From: Pseudomonadota bacterium
GTDB taxonomy: Bacteria; Bdellovibrionota_B; Oligoflexia; Silvanigrellales; Silvanigrellaceae
Reading direction: 5' to 3'
Length of the DNA: 64,000 nucleotides
Assembly: GCA_039799905.1 (NCBI GenBank)
Contig: JBDLRP010000042.1
Location: 46,728-110,727 of the forward strand
How positions within the stretch are numbered: position 1 is the first letter of the stretch; each line of letters begins with the position of its first letter. The notes under the pieces were generated by a model that saw nothing but the letters and a program-made list of their open reading frames with translations, did not search any database and had not been told where the DNA came from. Below, in pieces: positions 27,324 through 37,262 of the stretch. A program made the translations under genes and the position numbers.

Positions 27324-28426
27324 AGTCAGCAGCTCATCTGGCGTTGTGGCTTGCAACAGGGATTTTCGCTTCTGCGGATGCAGATGCTGAAGCGGCTCAA
27401 AAGAAAAAGAGACGTCCGTCTCAGTCACTCACACGCAGCGGCGGGCCCCAACGAGCCGTGGGAATTGTTGAAGTCTTTCTTTTCAAGAATAAAAACGTTG
27501 CCCAACGCTGCGCTGCATCACACGTCGGAAACGGCATCGTCGTCACCGCGGGCCACTGTTTCCTGGGTGCCTATGATTGCAACGAAGCTGTTGTTCACTG
27601 GGATGACGATTCGGTTGTCTCACGCTGTCAGCACATCATCTACAGCAATGCCAGCGAGGCCCACGCCAAAGGACGGGAGATTTCAAACGATCTGACTGTA
27701 TTCAAGGTCGACCGCTACCCTGAGGCCAGTGTCAACCTCGCGCCTGCAGCAATCGTTCAGGAACTGCAAAATGCGGGTGCTGATGCAATAGCAATTTCCA
27801 AAACGACACTCAACGGAAATCCCGCCACGATGACCTCGGCTACCTGCAGGATTGTCTTTGGTCCGATCCTGAATATCTTCTCACAACCCAAGCCGTCGGA
27901 CACCGCACGGCATAACTGCGACCTTTCCGAGATCTCCAGCGGCTCTCCGCTCATCAATTCGGCAACGAATCAACTGATAGCACTGCATCAGGGCACAAGC
28001 CTCCTGCCGGATCTGGAATCGTCACCCAACGGTGCGTCGTCGCAAAAAATTCATTATGCCAAGGTCATCTCCGATTTTGATGTGCGAAAGGCCATCAGTC
28101 TGCCTGATGCCCTGCCCAATGAAATTCGGGTGGGCGGTTTTGCAGGTGAGGTTTTCAATACCGGAATTGCAGAGCCCATCCAGATGACCGTTGCCCGCAT
28201 TCAGGCGCGCGCTGGCGAGTCGACCGTCTCGTTCGGGGTACACAATGGTCTGGATTCGGTCATTGAGGCCATCGACGGCAACGGCAAGAAAATGATTTTT
28301 GCAGGCCCGCGTCGCGCTGGTTACGACCAGCGATTCCGCATGAAGGCTCCCGTGCAAATCAAGCTCACCAATGCACAGGGTGGCATCGCACCCGTCGCTT
28401 GGATTGAGGACATTCAAAGCCCATGA
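27320..28426 (+). CDS. Secreted trypsin-like (S1) serine protease with C-terminal beta domain
   Basis: Signal peptide; C.A..VG..IVVTAGHC, NDLTVF, HNCD...SSGSPL...ALH; ATGA overlap with the upstream gene. Confidence 0.8.
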   Translation: MKSAAHLALWLATGIFASADADAEAAQKKKRRPSQSLTRSGGPQRAVGIVEVFLFKNKNVAQRCAASHVGNGIVVTAGHCFLGAYDCNEAVVHWDDDSVVSRCQHIIYSNASEAHAKGREISNDLTVFKVDRYPEASVNLAPAAIVQELQNAGADAIAISKTTLNGNPATMTSATCRIVFGPILNIFSQPKPSDTARHNCDLSEISSGSPLINSATNQLIALHQGTSLLPDLESSPNGASSQKIHYAKVISDFDVRKAISLPDALPNEIRVGGFAGEVFNTGIAEPIQMTVARIQARAGESTVSFGVHNGLDSVIEAIDGNGKKMIFAGPRRAGYDQRFRMKAPVQIKLTNAQGGIAPVAWIEDIQSP

Positions 28427-28441
28427 AGCGCTGACGTTTGC

Positions 28442-30751
28442 TCAAGGAGGAGGAGGGTCGTCGTCCCAGCAGACACCGCTCCCCCCTGAACACTTGGGAA
28501 TTGAGTAACGAATAGGCTTCGAGAGCAACCCAGAGACGTCCATATACCTCATGTAAAACTCAGCTGTATCGTCTTCTTTGAATGTAAAATCACTCAACTT
28601 CAATGTTCGCCGCACAGAAACCGGCGCCGCGGGTGTTCCACCATCAGACTCACGACAGCGGGTGTAGTCGCTGAGAGGCGCGGTGCTCACGGCATCCGCC
28701 GTGCCACCAATGACCCACTTGTAAATCAGCATTCCTATTTCCTCGTACTTGCCACCGGCATCCTGAGGCAAAGTTCTCACACTCAGGCGGTTGAGATCGT
28801 CACGGTACACATACGAGCCGATACTTTGCTGCAAGAAAGTGGCGTTTCCGCCCTTCTTTCCATTGAGATTCATTTCTTCTTCGGACGGAGTTCCCGAGGG
28901 CAAACAAATAGCAGCTGGTACCGAGTCGTCAAAATGCATTGTGACCTTACCAGCGCTCAAATCCTGCATCGTTAATGGATTGAGGGTACTCGGGGCGTTT
29001 GTATCGTTGATTTTCATATCAATATCACCCAGCAAAACCGACTGATCATCGTCTGTGATAACCGGTCGACCGGTATCGATAATGACCGTTACCACATTCA
29101 AACGCTTGGGTGAGATTGCGTTCGGATCGTCAAGCGACTCACTGACGTTGCCGAACTTGTCTTTCATGAACACATTCCAACGCTGACGACCACCGGCCTG
29201 TGCGATCTTGGCGGCCCGCTGGATGAATCCTGCTTCCTCGGCAGTGAATGTGGCAACACCCTTTACACATTCCTTGAAGACAGGTTCGATCATGGAATAG
29301 GCAGGTATGCTGAATCCCAAAGAGTCGCCGTCGTTGCATATCGGTGATTGCATTGTGAACGTGCTGCCGGCAAGACCCGGCACAACATTGGTGTGTCCGG
29401 AAACGCTCACAATCTTCACGTTCGTCCAGTCGTCAACTTCGTCAATCGTTCCACCGACCTCTTCAACCTCGACGGGAACCGCCAAATTCACCTTCATCAA
29501 TAAATCACGCGAGGGCGGACCAACCTTTTTATGCCCGAAAATCACCAACGGCGGAAAAGCATCGGCATTGTCTGACGACGCAGTTGAGCGCGACACTTTG
29601 ATTATAAACTTTCCTTCAGTCGAGTCCGTTTTCTTAAAAATCTTGGGCAACGGGATGCTAAATTCGGACTGAAAAATACTGACTTCCCTGGCTCCCTCAA
29701 TGGCTTCAAGAGAGGGCTCGAATTTATTGTCGGTTTCAAAGACTTCAACTTTCGCACCGCGCAAATTCGGGGTCAGCGAATCAATCCGCAAAAACAGAGA
29801 GTCGTCTTTTGTATGAACGACGTCACGTCCATCAATTTTGAGGTACTTCAGTTTCTCGGGAAAGCTTGGCACCAGAGCGTTGCTTCCTCCCGACTGGTCG
29901 GCGCAGGTGCGCAGTATAACAACAGGAGGCGTTTTTTCGATTAGCGAAAAATTATTCGATGGCGCAGATAAGTACGTACAATAGCCATCTGCCAGAGCAA
30001 GAATGTGATATCGGGTCAATTCAACGCTCGCATCGAGCGGACCGATAAATGCTGTGCCATCCTCTCCTGTTTTGACAAAAACAGGCCGCAAAAGTGAGTC
30101 ATGCCAAAGCGGTACACCGGATTCAAGCTTGCCGTCAGAAATTCCCGAGACCTTAATTCCGGCCAGAGGCTGACCCGATTCGTTGACCACTTTGACGCGC
30201 ACAAATCCAGCTTTGTTGAACAGTAGTCCGTCAATGCCAATGGTATCTTTGCCGGCAAACAAATTTCGCCGTGAAAGTGGCAACGGCGCCTGAAAATATG
30301 GAATAGCCTGATAATCCAAAGTTGAGTTGACTGCAGGCATGATCTCGATGCGCGAATACTTGTCGACTTTCTCTACCAAGTCTGGCCGGCCTGTGCCAAC
30401 GAATGGCAAAGCACCACCCATCGAGAGCAACTGATCGAGTTGTGTCGCCTTTTTCGCTTCATAGAGATCGCTGTCGCGCAGCTGGAACGAGAATTGTCCT
30501 TGCTCGCTGTTGTATTTCAAGTCGAAAGGCACCTGCCGTTGCCCCTCGGTGTCGATGAGTGAGAGCTGCAAGTTCTTGAGGTCGATTCCCTTTTGAACTC
30601 CGACAATTCCCGAAACGACGCGAGATTCACCCACCAAATAGACACGTCCGCCAGACGGCCTTGCACATGAATGCAGCCAGCCACAGGCAGCAATCAAGGC
30701 GATTGCACCTGTGGCCCGTTGCAGACTTTCTTGGAGAGCTCTCATAACCAT
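28442..30751 (-). CDS. Hypothetical multidomain lipoprotein (prealbumin-like and Ig-like modules)
   Basis: Lipobox LHSC; VRVKVVNESGQPLAGIKV...KTGEDG motif; MKDKFGNVS; begins 28 bp after the stop of giant paralog 1 on the same strand. Confidence 0.7.
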   Translation of the reverse strand: MVMRALQESLQRATGAIALIAACGWLHSCARPSGGRVYLVGESRVVSGIVGVQKGIDLKNLQLSLIDTEGQRQVPFDLKYNSEQGQFSFQLRDSDLYEAKKATQLDQLLSMGGALPFVGTGRPDLVEKVDKYSRIEIMPAVNSTLDYQAIPYFQAPLPLSRRNLFAGKDTIGIDGLLFNKAGFVRVKVVNESGQPLAGIKVSGISDGKLESGVPLWHDSLLRPVFVKTGEDGTAFIGPLDASVELTRYHILALADGYCTYLSAPSNNFSLIEKTPPVVILRTCADQSGGSNALVPSFPEKLKYLKIDGRDVVHTKDDSLFLRIDSLTPNLRGAKVEVFETDNKFEPSLEAIEGAREVSIFQSEFSIPLPKIFKKTDSTEGKFIIKVSRSTASSDNADAFPPLVIFGHKKVGPPSRDLLMKVNLAVPVEVEEVGGTIDEVDDWTNVKIVSVSGHTNVVPGLAGSTFTMQSPICNDGDSLGFSIPAYSMIEPVFKECVKGVATFTAEEAGFIQRAAKIAQAGGRQRWNVFMKDKFGNVSESLDDPNAISPKRLNVVTVIIDTGRPVITDDDQSVLLGDIDMKINDTNAPSTLNPLTMQDLSAGKVTMHFDDSVPAAICLPSGTPSEEEMNLNGKKGGNATFLQQSIGSYVYRDDLNRLSVRTLPQDAGGKYEEIGMLIYKWVIGGTADAVSTAPLSDYTRCRESDGGTPAAPVSVRRTLKLSDFTFKEDDTAEFYMRYMDVSGLLSKPIRYSIPKCSGGSGVCWDDDPPPP

Positions 30752-30779
30752 CCTTGGCTACCGTCCTCCGTCAAGGCGC

Positions 30780-33700
30780 TCACTTGGATTTGAGCGCGGT
30801 TGTGAAAGCAGTGCTGAAGTACACGTCATAGCTGCTGCATCCCGATGATCCGCACTGCGCTGGGCCCCAGAACTTGGCAGTCGTGCGCAGTTCGTTGCCA
30901 TTGACAAACCGGCCGGCATCCTTGAGTGCCTTGTGTTTGAGTGCAACCTTCGTCACGCCCGTGCTCGCCAGTGAAACCAATTCGCCAGCGCTCGACTGAC
31001 CATCTTTGTTCCTGTCGAACCAAACAAGCAACTTGCTATATGCGGCATCCTTGCTGTCGATCATGCCGTCGCGGTTTGAGTCGTACTGAGCAAGTGCGGC
31101 ATAACCGTCGCGCGCCTTCTTGCCGCTGTGAGCCAGTCTGGTTCCCTCACCAAACAGCTCCCGACCACCGTCAATCGCACCATTGCCGTCGAGGTCCATC
31201 GCGAGCAGGCCCACTCCGTCAAACCCACCAATCCAGCCAGTGCGTTCCTTCACGCCATCTCCGTCGAGGTCGAAACGAACCTTGCTCTCTTCGAGCGAGC
31301 TGAGCAGTGGTCGACCTACATTTGTGAAGTCGAGGATGATAGGCGAGAACAGCTGAACCGTGTAGGAACGTGTTGAACCGGCTGTTGGTCCGCCGAACGG
31401 TGTGAACTGAATCGATTCACCGTACCAGCTTTTTGAGCGGCGGATGAACGGTTCCAGAATACCGGGCATTTTGATATCAAACACACCTTCAGCAGGCTGT
31501 CCGGTTAGCTTGGCGCTGGTACCGGCGACGCTTGCTGTGGCAGCGCTGACGTTCATCTGGAAGTTGAATTCTGCATCGCATGCAGAGTTCACACCCTTAT
31601 CACACAAGTTTGCACGGACTCGCATTTTGTCTGCCGCACCAAAGACGCGGAACCAAATCGTGCTCGTTGCACTTGCCCATTGAGAGCCGGGGATTCCTCG
31701 GAAATTGACCCAGCACTGTGTTGTTCCGTGAGAGTGCCAGAACTTCACGCCGGCGCCGCGGCGGATACTAGTGCCGGTACAGGTGTCACTCCAGTTTGCC
31801 AGCGCAGGCGCAGTGAAGAAGTGCTGAACTTCCGAAATTTGCGGTGTGAGTTTCGGAATCTCACGTGGAGAATAGCCAATATCGGCACCCGCAGCCTTTG
31901 TCGCAGCGACAAGTGTCGGCTCTCCTGAGCGAATGGCAAGCGTCATCATCACGTCGAGCGCTTTGCTCAGAGCTGACTCCATATTACCAGTTCTGTCCTG
32001 CAGCGATTTAACGTCTTTGGCTGTTTTGCCGAACTGTGCCAGCTGATCTTTCATAGCAGCGACATCTTTGTCGATTTGACTGATACGTGCAGTTTGAGCG
32101 GCGTCTGTCGCCTCATTCGCAGCAAAGCGCTTTTGCACGTTTATCATCGTGTCGAACTCTTCTTGACGTTCAATAGCTTCAAATGTCGAGTCGACCCCCT
32201 CGGTGATAGTGAAGGCCATTTTTCCAAGCAACGTATTTGCGGCATCTGCCGGCGAAACCTTGCCAATCTTCTCGGACGGACTGGTCATATTCGCCATCGC
32301 TGCGCTGATGGTTGTGTGCTTGCTGCTGATCATTTTCGCAAAACGCACTTCCACGTTGGCCAGCGACGGTTTCAATGCTGTAACGGAGTTAGCGAAGTCA
32401 GTGACGGCGCGTTTGAAGCCATCGTCGGCAACCAATCGGGCGCGAACATCTTTCGACGTCGCTGAAGTGCCATTGAGAACGCCCATTGCCCACGCTTTGA
32501 TCTGGCTCATACACTTCGGATCATCGGCCCCGCCCTCCACCTTGCGAATGGATTCAAGCATCACATAATGATGCAAGCTGCTGCCGTCTGTCAGCTTGGG
32601 CTGCCAGAAGTAGAGTGCGTCCATGTTCGAACCGCGATTTGAGTTCACCAGCGCAGAAATATATTCATCCGCAAGGAAGTCGAACGAATCACGGCCAAAG
32701 GCATTGGCGAAGTCGGCATCGGCTTTGCCGCCACACGATGCCATAATCGGAACAAAGGAAGCGTCGAATGCCTCAACACGGGTGATTTTATTTCCATTGC
32801 GCGTTGGCTGCTTTGGCTGCAGAGCCGCAAGGAACGCCCGTCGCAATTGGCCGAACATTGTCAGCGTGTTGACAAGCGGACCCTTCGTGGGTTTACCGTT
32901 GACCATCACTTTGGTGACCGCACCATAGTCGGCAGATACACCATCGGAGAAAGCTGTCATGGAAGCATCGTCAAGTTTGAGGTCGACGACCTCAACCAGG
33001 TGGCTCGAAAGAGCACCTTCCATCGCCTTGTCCTGCGCTTTCATCTGAGCAAGATCGGTAGCAACCTTCTTGAAGTTTGCCTGAACTTCTGCACCGAGGT
33101 TAGCGACCATTTTTTCAGCGTTCGCGGCAACCTCTGCGAGGCGTTTGTTGAAGTCGGCCTTCATTTCTTCAAGGTTCTTGTTCAGGCCGTCGATTTGCCC
33201 CTGAGTCAACTTGAACTGATTTTGGACGTGTTCTTTTTGTGCAGCGACGTCGGCCTTGATCAAATTGATTTGGTCAGCATGTTGCTGCGCCATGGCCAAC
33301 GACTGGTTGGCGATTTGTGCAACGGCCTTAATCTCGTCCTTCAAAGAGGTCATCTCTTTGGTCATCTGATCTTTCAATGCCTGCTCTGCAGCCACAACTT
33401 CTGCAAACTGCTTCTGCACTTTTTCCTGCTCTTCCTTCAACTCGGTGTTGGTTTTGTCAACCTGACTCTCCAACGCAACGATCTTGTCGCTCAACTCTCT
33501 CTTGATATTCTGACTCACCCACTCGAAGTTGGCTGCTTCCGTCTTGACCTGCAACATGAGGTCCGCGTTTACGGCCTCCTGTTTGGCACTGTTGTCCGCG
33601 ATAGCGGCAAACAAAGCGTCATCCTGATTCTTCATATCGCTGCGCACAGCGGAAAGCTCTTTGGTCATGTTTTCTTTGATGGCGTCAATCTGCTTTTGGT

Positions 33701-36700
33701 AATCAGCAATTGCACCGCCGAGTCCGTCGCGCACGCCCGCAACACTGACTTCTACGTTCTGAATTCGCTGAGCAAGTGATGAACTTGCAGCGTCGACTTC
33801 ACTCGAAATCAATGCCTTCATTTTTTCACTTTCGCGTATCGCATCAGCCTTCATGATCGTGGTCACTTCCTCAAGGCCATCGATACGTACCCTGAGCGCC
33901 TGCAGCTCTCCCTTTGTTGCGTAGTTTTGCGCAACGTAAGCCTTGAACTCTTCCTGCGCCTGAGCAACGGCTTCGACGCGTGCCGCCACCTTTTGGGTTT
34001 CCAATGCAGCATCTGCGAGTTTCTTCTCGATTGCCTGAGCCGACGCTATAATGGCGGCTTCGGTCACTTTGCGCTCAGCAGCAAGGCCGGTCTTCAGGTC
34101 ATCAATCGTCGCCAAGGTTTTCTGGTCGATGGCTTTTAAAGTTCCTTGCAGTTTGGCAATCTCTTCTGCACTCGAGTTGGCCTGTCCGGCCATCGCGGCT
34201 TTCAAGTCATCTTCAAGTTTCTGCCGAGCATCCGCCTGAGCAGTGTTGAGAGAAGATAAATCGGCGCTGAGCTGCTTGAGTTGCTCGGCACGTTCCGATT
34301 TCTCGAGCTCGAGTGCAATGCGTTGATCCGCAGTCGCCGCAGCAAGCTTGGCATCGAGTGCCGCAGTTGCCTGTTCCTGCTTCGAGATAGCTTCCATGAG
34401 CTCTGAAACTCTTCTTGCGGCATCGGCCTCAGCCTTTTTCTGGGCTTCAATCAGGAAGTCGATCTGTGCTTTCAGATTTGCGTTACCTGCGTCAATTTTG
34501 CTGATGAGGGAACTGTTCAATGCCGTCAGGGCATCGCCCGACTCCTTCCTCAGTGTCGCAACGGATTCATTCAACGTGGATGTGAGGCGTGATTCCGCAT
34601 CTTTCAGCTTGCCTTCCAAGCTTGCGATGCTGCCATTGATTGCGTTCACCTCATTTTTCAGCTTTTCAGAAATCTTGCCATCGAGTGCGGCAAGCTTGTT
34701 GTCCATTGCGGAACTGAGGTTTGCGAGGCCATCGGCGATCTTGGCATCCAAGACACTGCGCGCTTCTTTGACGGTTGTGTCCAATGCGGTAATTTTCGCA
34801 TTGAATTCACCCCGCAGATTCTCGACGTCCTCGCCCATCTTCTTTTCAATATTGTCCGCACGGGCTTTGCCCTCTGTATCGACTCTGACAATTTGCTCGG
34901 TCAAGGCGGCCATCTTCAGCTGGGTGGCAACTGATTCGGCCTTCAATTTTTCCGTGATGTCCTGAGTTGTCTTTTTTAGTTCTTCTGCGGATTGAGCAGA
35001 CGCATCATTGATCTTCTTGTCAAGTTCGGCTCGGACTTTAGCATCACCTTCAGCCATTGTTACAAGCAAGCTGTCTGCTGCAGCCTTCAAGTCTGCTGCA
35101 GATTTAGAGGACGCCTCCTCGATCTTGGCCAACATTTGATTCTTTACTTTGACAATTTCAGAATTTGTCATTGAAAGGTTAGCATTGGTCGACGCAATCT
35201 CATTGATAATCTGCAGCGACTGAGCCTTGAGTGCCTCGATTGCTGCAGAATTTTTTCCGGCATCAGCTTTCGCCTCAGCAGCAAGTGCATCAAGCTTCTT
35301 TTGCATGTCAGCTCGGTTCGCATCATCCGTGCTCTTTATGAGAGCCTTCATTTCAGCAGCAAGCGAGTTCTTGCTGTCAACAATGGCCTGCTCGAGGGCA
35401 GCCTTTTCACGAGCCACCTGGCTCTGAAAATCTGCAAGCGCCGCGGTCGTAGAAATGATCTTCTTCTCATTGTCAGCAATTTTGGAATTGAGAACGTTTG
35501 CCTTTGTTTCGAAGGCGCTCTTGGTGGAGGCAATCTCGTTGGTATTGGTATCAATTTTCTTCTGCAGATCGGCCTTTTGTGCGGACAGGGAACTCTCAAG
35601 CGAAGCAACTTGTGAGCGGAGCTCGTCTGCAGATGCTGCGCTGGCAGCAGCGATTGCCGCATTGAGATTTGCAGTTGCCGACGTCAGGTTGCTGTTTGTT
35701 GCCGACAAATCGCTGTTCAGTTGGGTCAACTCTGAACGCAACGCAGTTTCCTGAGCAGCAAGACTCGCAACAAACTGTTCTTTTGTCTGGCTCACTGACT
35801 CGCGTAGAGCAGCCTCGGTGAACGCCAATTGAGCTCTTGTCTCGTCAATTTTCGCAGCGTTGCTCGCGATCGCTGCGGACAATTTAGCGGCCTCCTCTGA
35901 CAGTTTCGCAGCGTTTTCAGCATTGCCGTCGGCAATGGCTTTCGCAATTTCCTCGTTTTTCTTAATTTGTTCGGCTCTATTTGCATCAATGGCTTTTGAG
36001 TTTGTATCGATAGCTGACTGTAGCTCAGTCTTGGTTGCACTGATGGAGGCAACCAGCTCAGCCTTGGTTTTGTTGGCAGCATCCTCAAGAACTGCTTTGG
36101 TATCCGCAATAAATTTATTGGTGGAGTCGATTCGCGCATTTGCACGAGCAACTTCATCTTGCAGCTCAGCCTTCTGCTGCTGAAGCTTGTTCTCAAGAGC
36201 GTTGAGTCCGTCCTTCAAGGAAGCAACATTGGTGTCCAGATCCTGCTTGAGCAGATCCTGAGCAGCCTTGAGAGCCTCCTCTTTCTGCAGCATCAGTTCC
36301 TTGTTTGCTGCAATCTCGGCAGTGTTCGCTGCAATCTTCTCGTTCAATTCATCAGTGGCTGAAGCCAGCTCTTCAAGGGTAGCAGCATTGGCCACAGCAA
36401 TGGCCTCGCGCAACTCCTCATCTTGCACTGCCATCTCACCACGCAATTTGCCTGCCTCAGCCAAGATCAAGTCAGTCAAGGAGTCGTTCTGAATTTTAAG
36501 CGAATTCTTAAGGCCGAGCTCGGCTTCGGCAAGGCGGATAGCATATTTTTTGTCAACTTCACTGATGCTCTCACCCAGCTGTGCATCAGCTGCGGCGAGT
36601 TTTTCGAACTGGCCTTCCATGTACAATCGCAAAACCTGATCACGACTGTCCACATCCTTGAAACGATTTTCGACCTGCACTTTGAAGTCGCGCAACTCGA

Positions 36701-37001
36701 GTTCAAGGGCGTCAATGCGAGCTCCCAAACGCTTGTCTTCTGCCTCGCGTTCCAATTTCTCTTTATCGATGAGGCCCCGCAACAGACGCTCGGTCGCTTC
36801 CGCGTTGCGCTTTGTCAGTGAGTCAGCTGTACCAGCGCTATTGGCCTTCAGTTTGGTCGAAGAGCGGGCAGCTAAGTCAAGCAGCTGTTGGTCGCTGCTG
36901 CCTGAAGTGCGTCCGCAACCACCAACGGTGGACAGTAGAGTCAGACTGGAAAATGACAAAAGCGCCATACGGATTGAATGATTGCGTCTGTTTGATCTCA
37001 T
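30780..37001 (-). CDS. Giant coiled-coil lipoprotein with C-terminal FrpC-SPM-like Ca2+-binding module (paralog 1, 2073 aa)
   Basis: Signal peptide ending VGGC; ~1,270 aa Ala/Lys/Glu/Leu heptad-rich region; Cys-containing head; SPIILD..FDLDGDG..ERTGW..LLAMDLDGNGAIDGGRELFG..GYAALAQYDSNRDGMID..D..YSKLLVWFDRNKDG.S..GEL.SL...GV. Confidence 0.88.
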   Translation of the reverse strand: MRSNRRNHSIRMALLSFSSLTLLSTVGGCGRTSGSSDQQLLDLAARSSTKLKANSAGTADSLTKRNAEATERLLRGLIDKEKLEREAEDKRLGARIDALELELRDFKVQVENRFKDVDSRDQVLRLYMEGQFEKLAAADAQLGESISEVDKKYAIRLAEAELGLKNSLKIQNDSLTDLILAEAGKLRGEMAVQDEELREAIAVANAATLEELASATDELNEKIAANTAEIAANKELMLQKEEALKAAQDLLKQDLDTNVASLKDGLNALENKLQQQKAELQDEVARANARIDSTNKFIADTKAVLEDAANKTKAELVASISATKTELQSAIDTNSKAIDANRAEQIKKNEEIAKAIADGNAENAAKLSEEAAKLSAAIASNAAKIDETRAQLAFTEAALRESVSQTKEQFVASLAAQETALRSELTQLNSDLSATNSNLTSATANLNAAIAAASAASADELRSQVASLESSLSAQKADLQKKIDTNTNEIASTKSAFETKANVLNSKIADNEKKIISTTAALADFQSQVAREKAALEQAIVDSKNSLAAEMKALIKSTDDANRADMQKKLDALAAEAKADAGKNSAAIEALKAQSLQIINEIASTNANLSMTNSEIVKVKNQMLAKIEEASSKSAADLKAAADSLLVTMAEGDAKVRAELDKKINDASAQSAEELKKTTQDITEKLKAESVATQLKMAALTEQIVRVDTEGKARADNIEKKMGEDVENLRGEFNAKITALDTTVKEARSVLDAKIADGLANLSSAMDNKLAALDGKISEKLKNEVNAINGSIASLEGKLKDAESRLTSTLNESVATLRKESGDALTALNSSLISKIDAGNANLKAQIDFLIEAQKKAEADAARRVSELMEAISKQEQATAALDAKLAAATADQRIALELEKSERAEQLKQLSADLSSLNTAQADARQKLEDDLKAAMAGQANSSAEEIAKLQGTLKAIDQKTLATIDDLKTGLAAERKVTEAAIIASAQAIEKKLADAALETQKVAARVEAVAQAQEEFKAYVAQNYATKGELQALRVRIDGLEEVTTIMKADAIRESEKMKALISSEVDAASSSLAQRIQNVEVSVAGVRDGLGGAIADYQKQIDAIKENMTKELSAVRSDMKNQDDALFAAIADNSAKQEAVNADLMLQVKTEAANFEWVSQNIKRELSDKIVALESQVDKTNTELKEEQEKVQKQFAEVVAAEQALKDQMTKEMTSLKDEIKAVAQIANQSLAMAQQHADQINLIKADVAAQKEHVQNQFKLTQGQIDGLNKNLEEMKADFNKRLAEVAANAEKMVANLGAEVQANFKKVATDLAQMKAQDKAMEGALSSHLVEVVDLKLDDASMTAFSDGVSADYGAVTKVMVNGKPTKGPLVNTLTMFGQLRRAFLAALQPKQPTRNGNKITRVEAFDASFVPIMASCGGKADADFANAFGRDSFDFLADEYISALVNSNRGSNMDALYFWQPKLTDGSSLHHYVMLESIRKVEGGADDPKCMSQIKAWAMGVLNGTSATSKDVRARLVADDGFKRAVTDFANSVTALKPSLANVEVRFAKMISSKHTTISAAMANMTSPSEKIGKVSPADAANTLLGKMAFTITEGVDSTFEAIERQEEFDTMINVQKRFAANEATDAAQTARISQIDKDVAAMKDQLAQFGKTAKDVKSLQDRTGNMESALSKALDVMMTLAIRSGEPTLVAATKAAGADIGYSPREIPKLTPQISEVQHFFTAPALANWSDTCTGTSIRRGAGVKFWHSHGTTQCWVNFRGIPGSQWASATSTIWFRVFGAADKMRVRANLCDKGVNSACDAEFNFQMNVSAATASVAGTSAKLTGQPAEGVFDIKMPGILEPFIRRSKSWYGESIQFTPFGGPTAGSTRSYTVQLFSPIILDFTNVGRPLLSSLEESKVRFDLDGDGVKERTGWIGGFDGVGLLAMDLDGNGAIDGGRELFGEGTRLAHSGKKARDGYAALAQYDSNRDGMIDSKDAAYSKLLVWFDRNKDGQSSAGELVSLASTGVTKVALKHKALKDAGRFVNGNELRTTAKFWGPAQCGSSGCSSYDVYFSTAFTTALKSK

Positions 37002-37050
37002 GCCACGCCCCCATGGGATGAAAAATTTGCCCGGGAAGTTCCAAGAGGTA

Positions 37051-37077
37051 TGCTCGGCGGGTTTTCAAAAAGCTTGA
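37051..37077 (-). promoter_or_regulatory. Putative sigma28-type promoter of giant paralog 1
   Basis: TCAA-N15-GCCGAGCA, ~50 bp upstream of ATG 37001. Confidence 0.55.
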
Positions 37078-37192
37078 TAACTTTTGTTAAATCACTCGAA
37101 TCATTGCTTTAATTTGCCGAGTCTGGGGTTCTGTTCGACTCCGGAGGTGGTGCCAGATTTGCCCGATTTCCGGTGCCGTTTACACAAAATGT

Positions 37193-37227
37193 AAAAAAGC
37201 GGCGAATCCACCAAAGGATTCGCCGCT
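37193..37227 (-). terminator. Rho-independent terminator after giant paralog 2
   Basis: AGCGGCGAATCC-tttggt-GGATTCGCCGCT stem followed by a T-run on the minus strand. Confidence 0.85.
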
Positions 37228-37262
37228 CGCATTACTGACTGACGCGCAAAGAACCGTTCCGT

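Noticed and set aside
36980..37001. Twin-arginine (Tat) signal in the giant proteins (NRRN / NRRK)
   Set aside because: Lacks the RRxFLK consensus, and a 2,000-aa fibre is an unlikely Tat substrate; a Sec lipoprotein is more parsimonious
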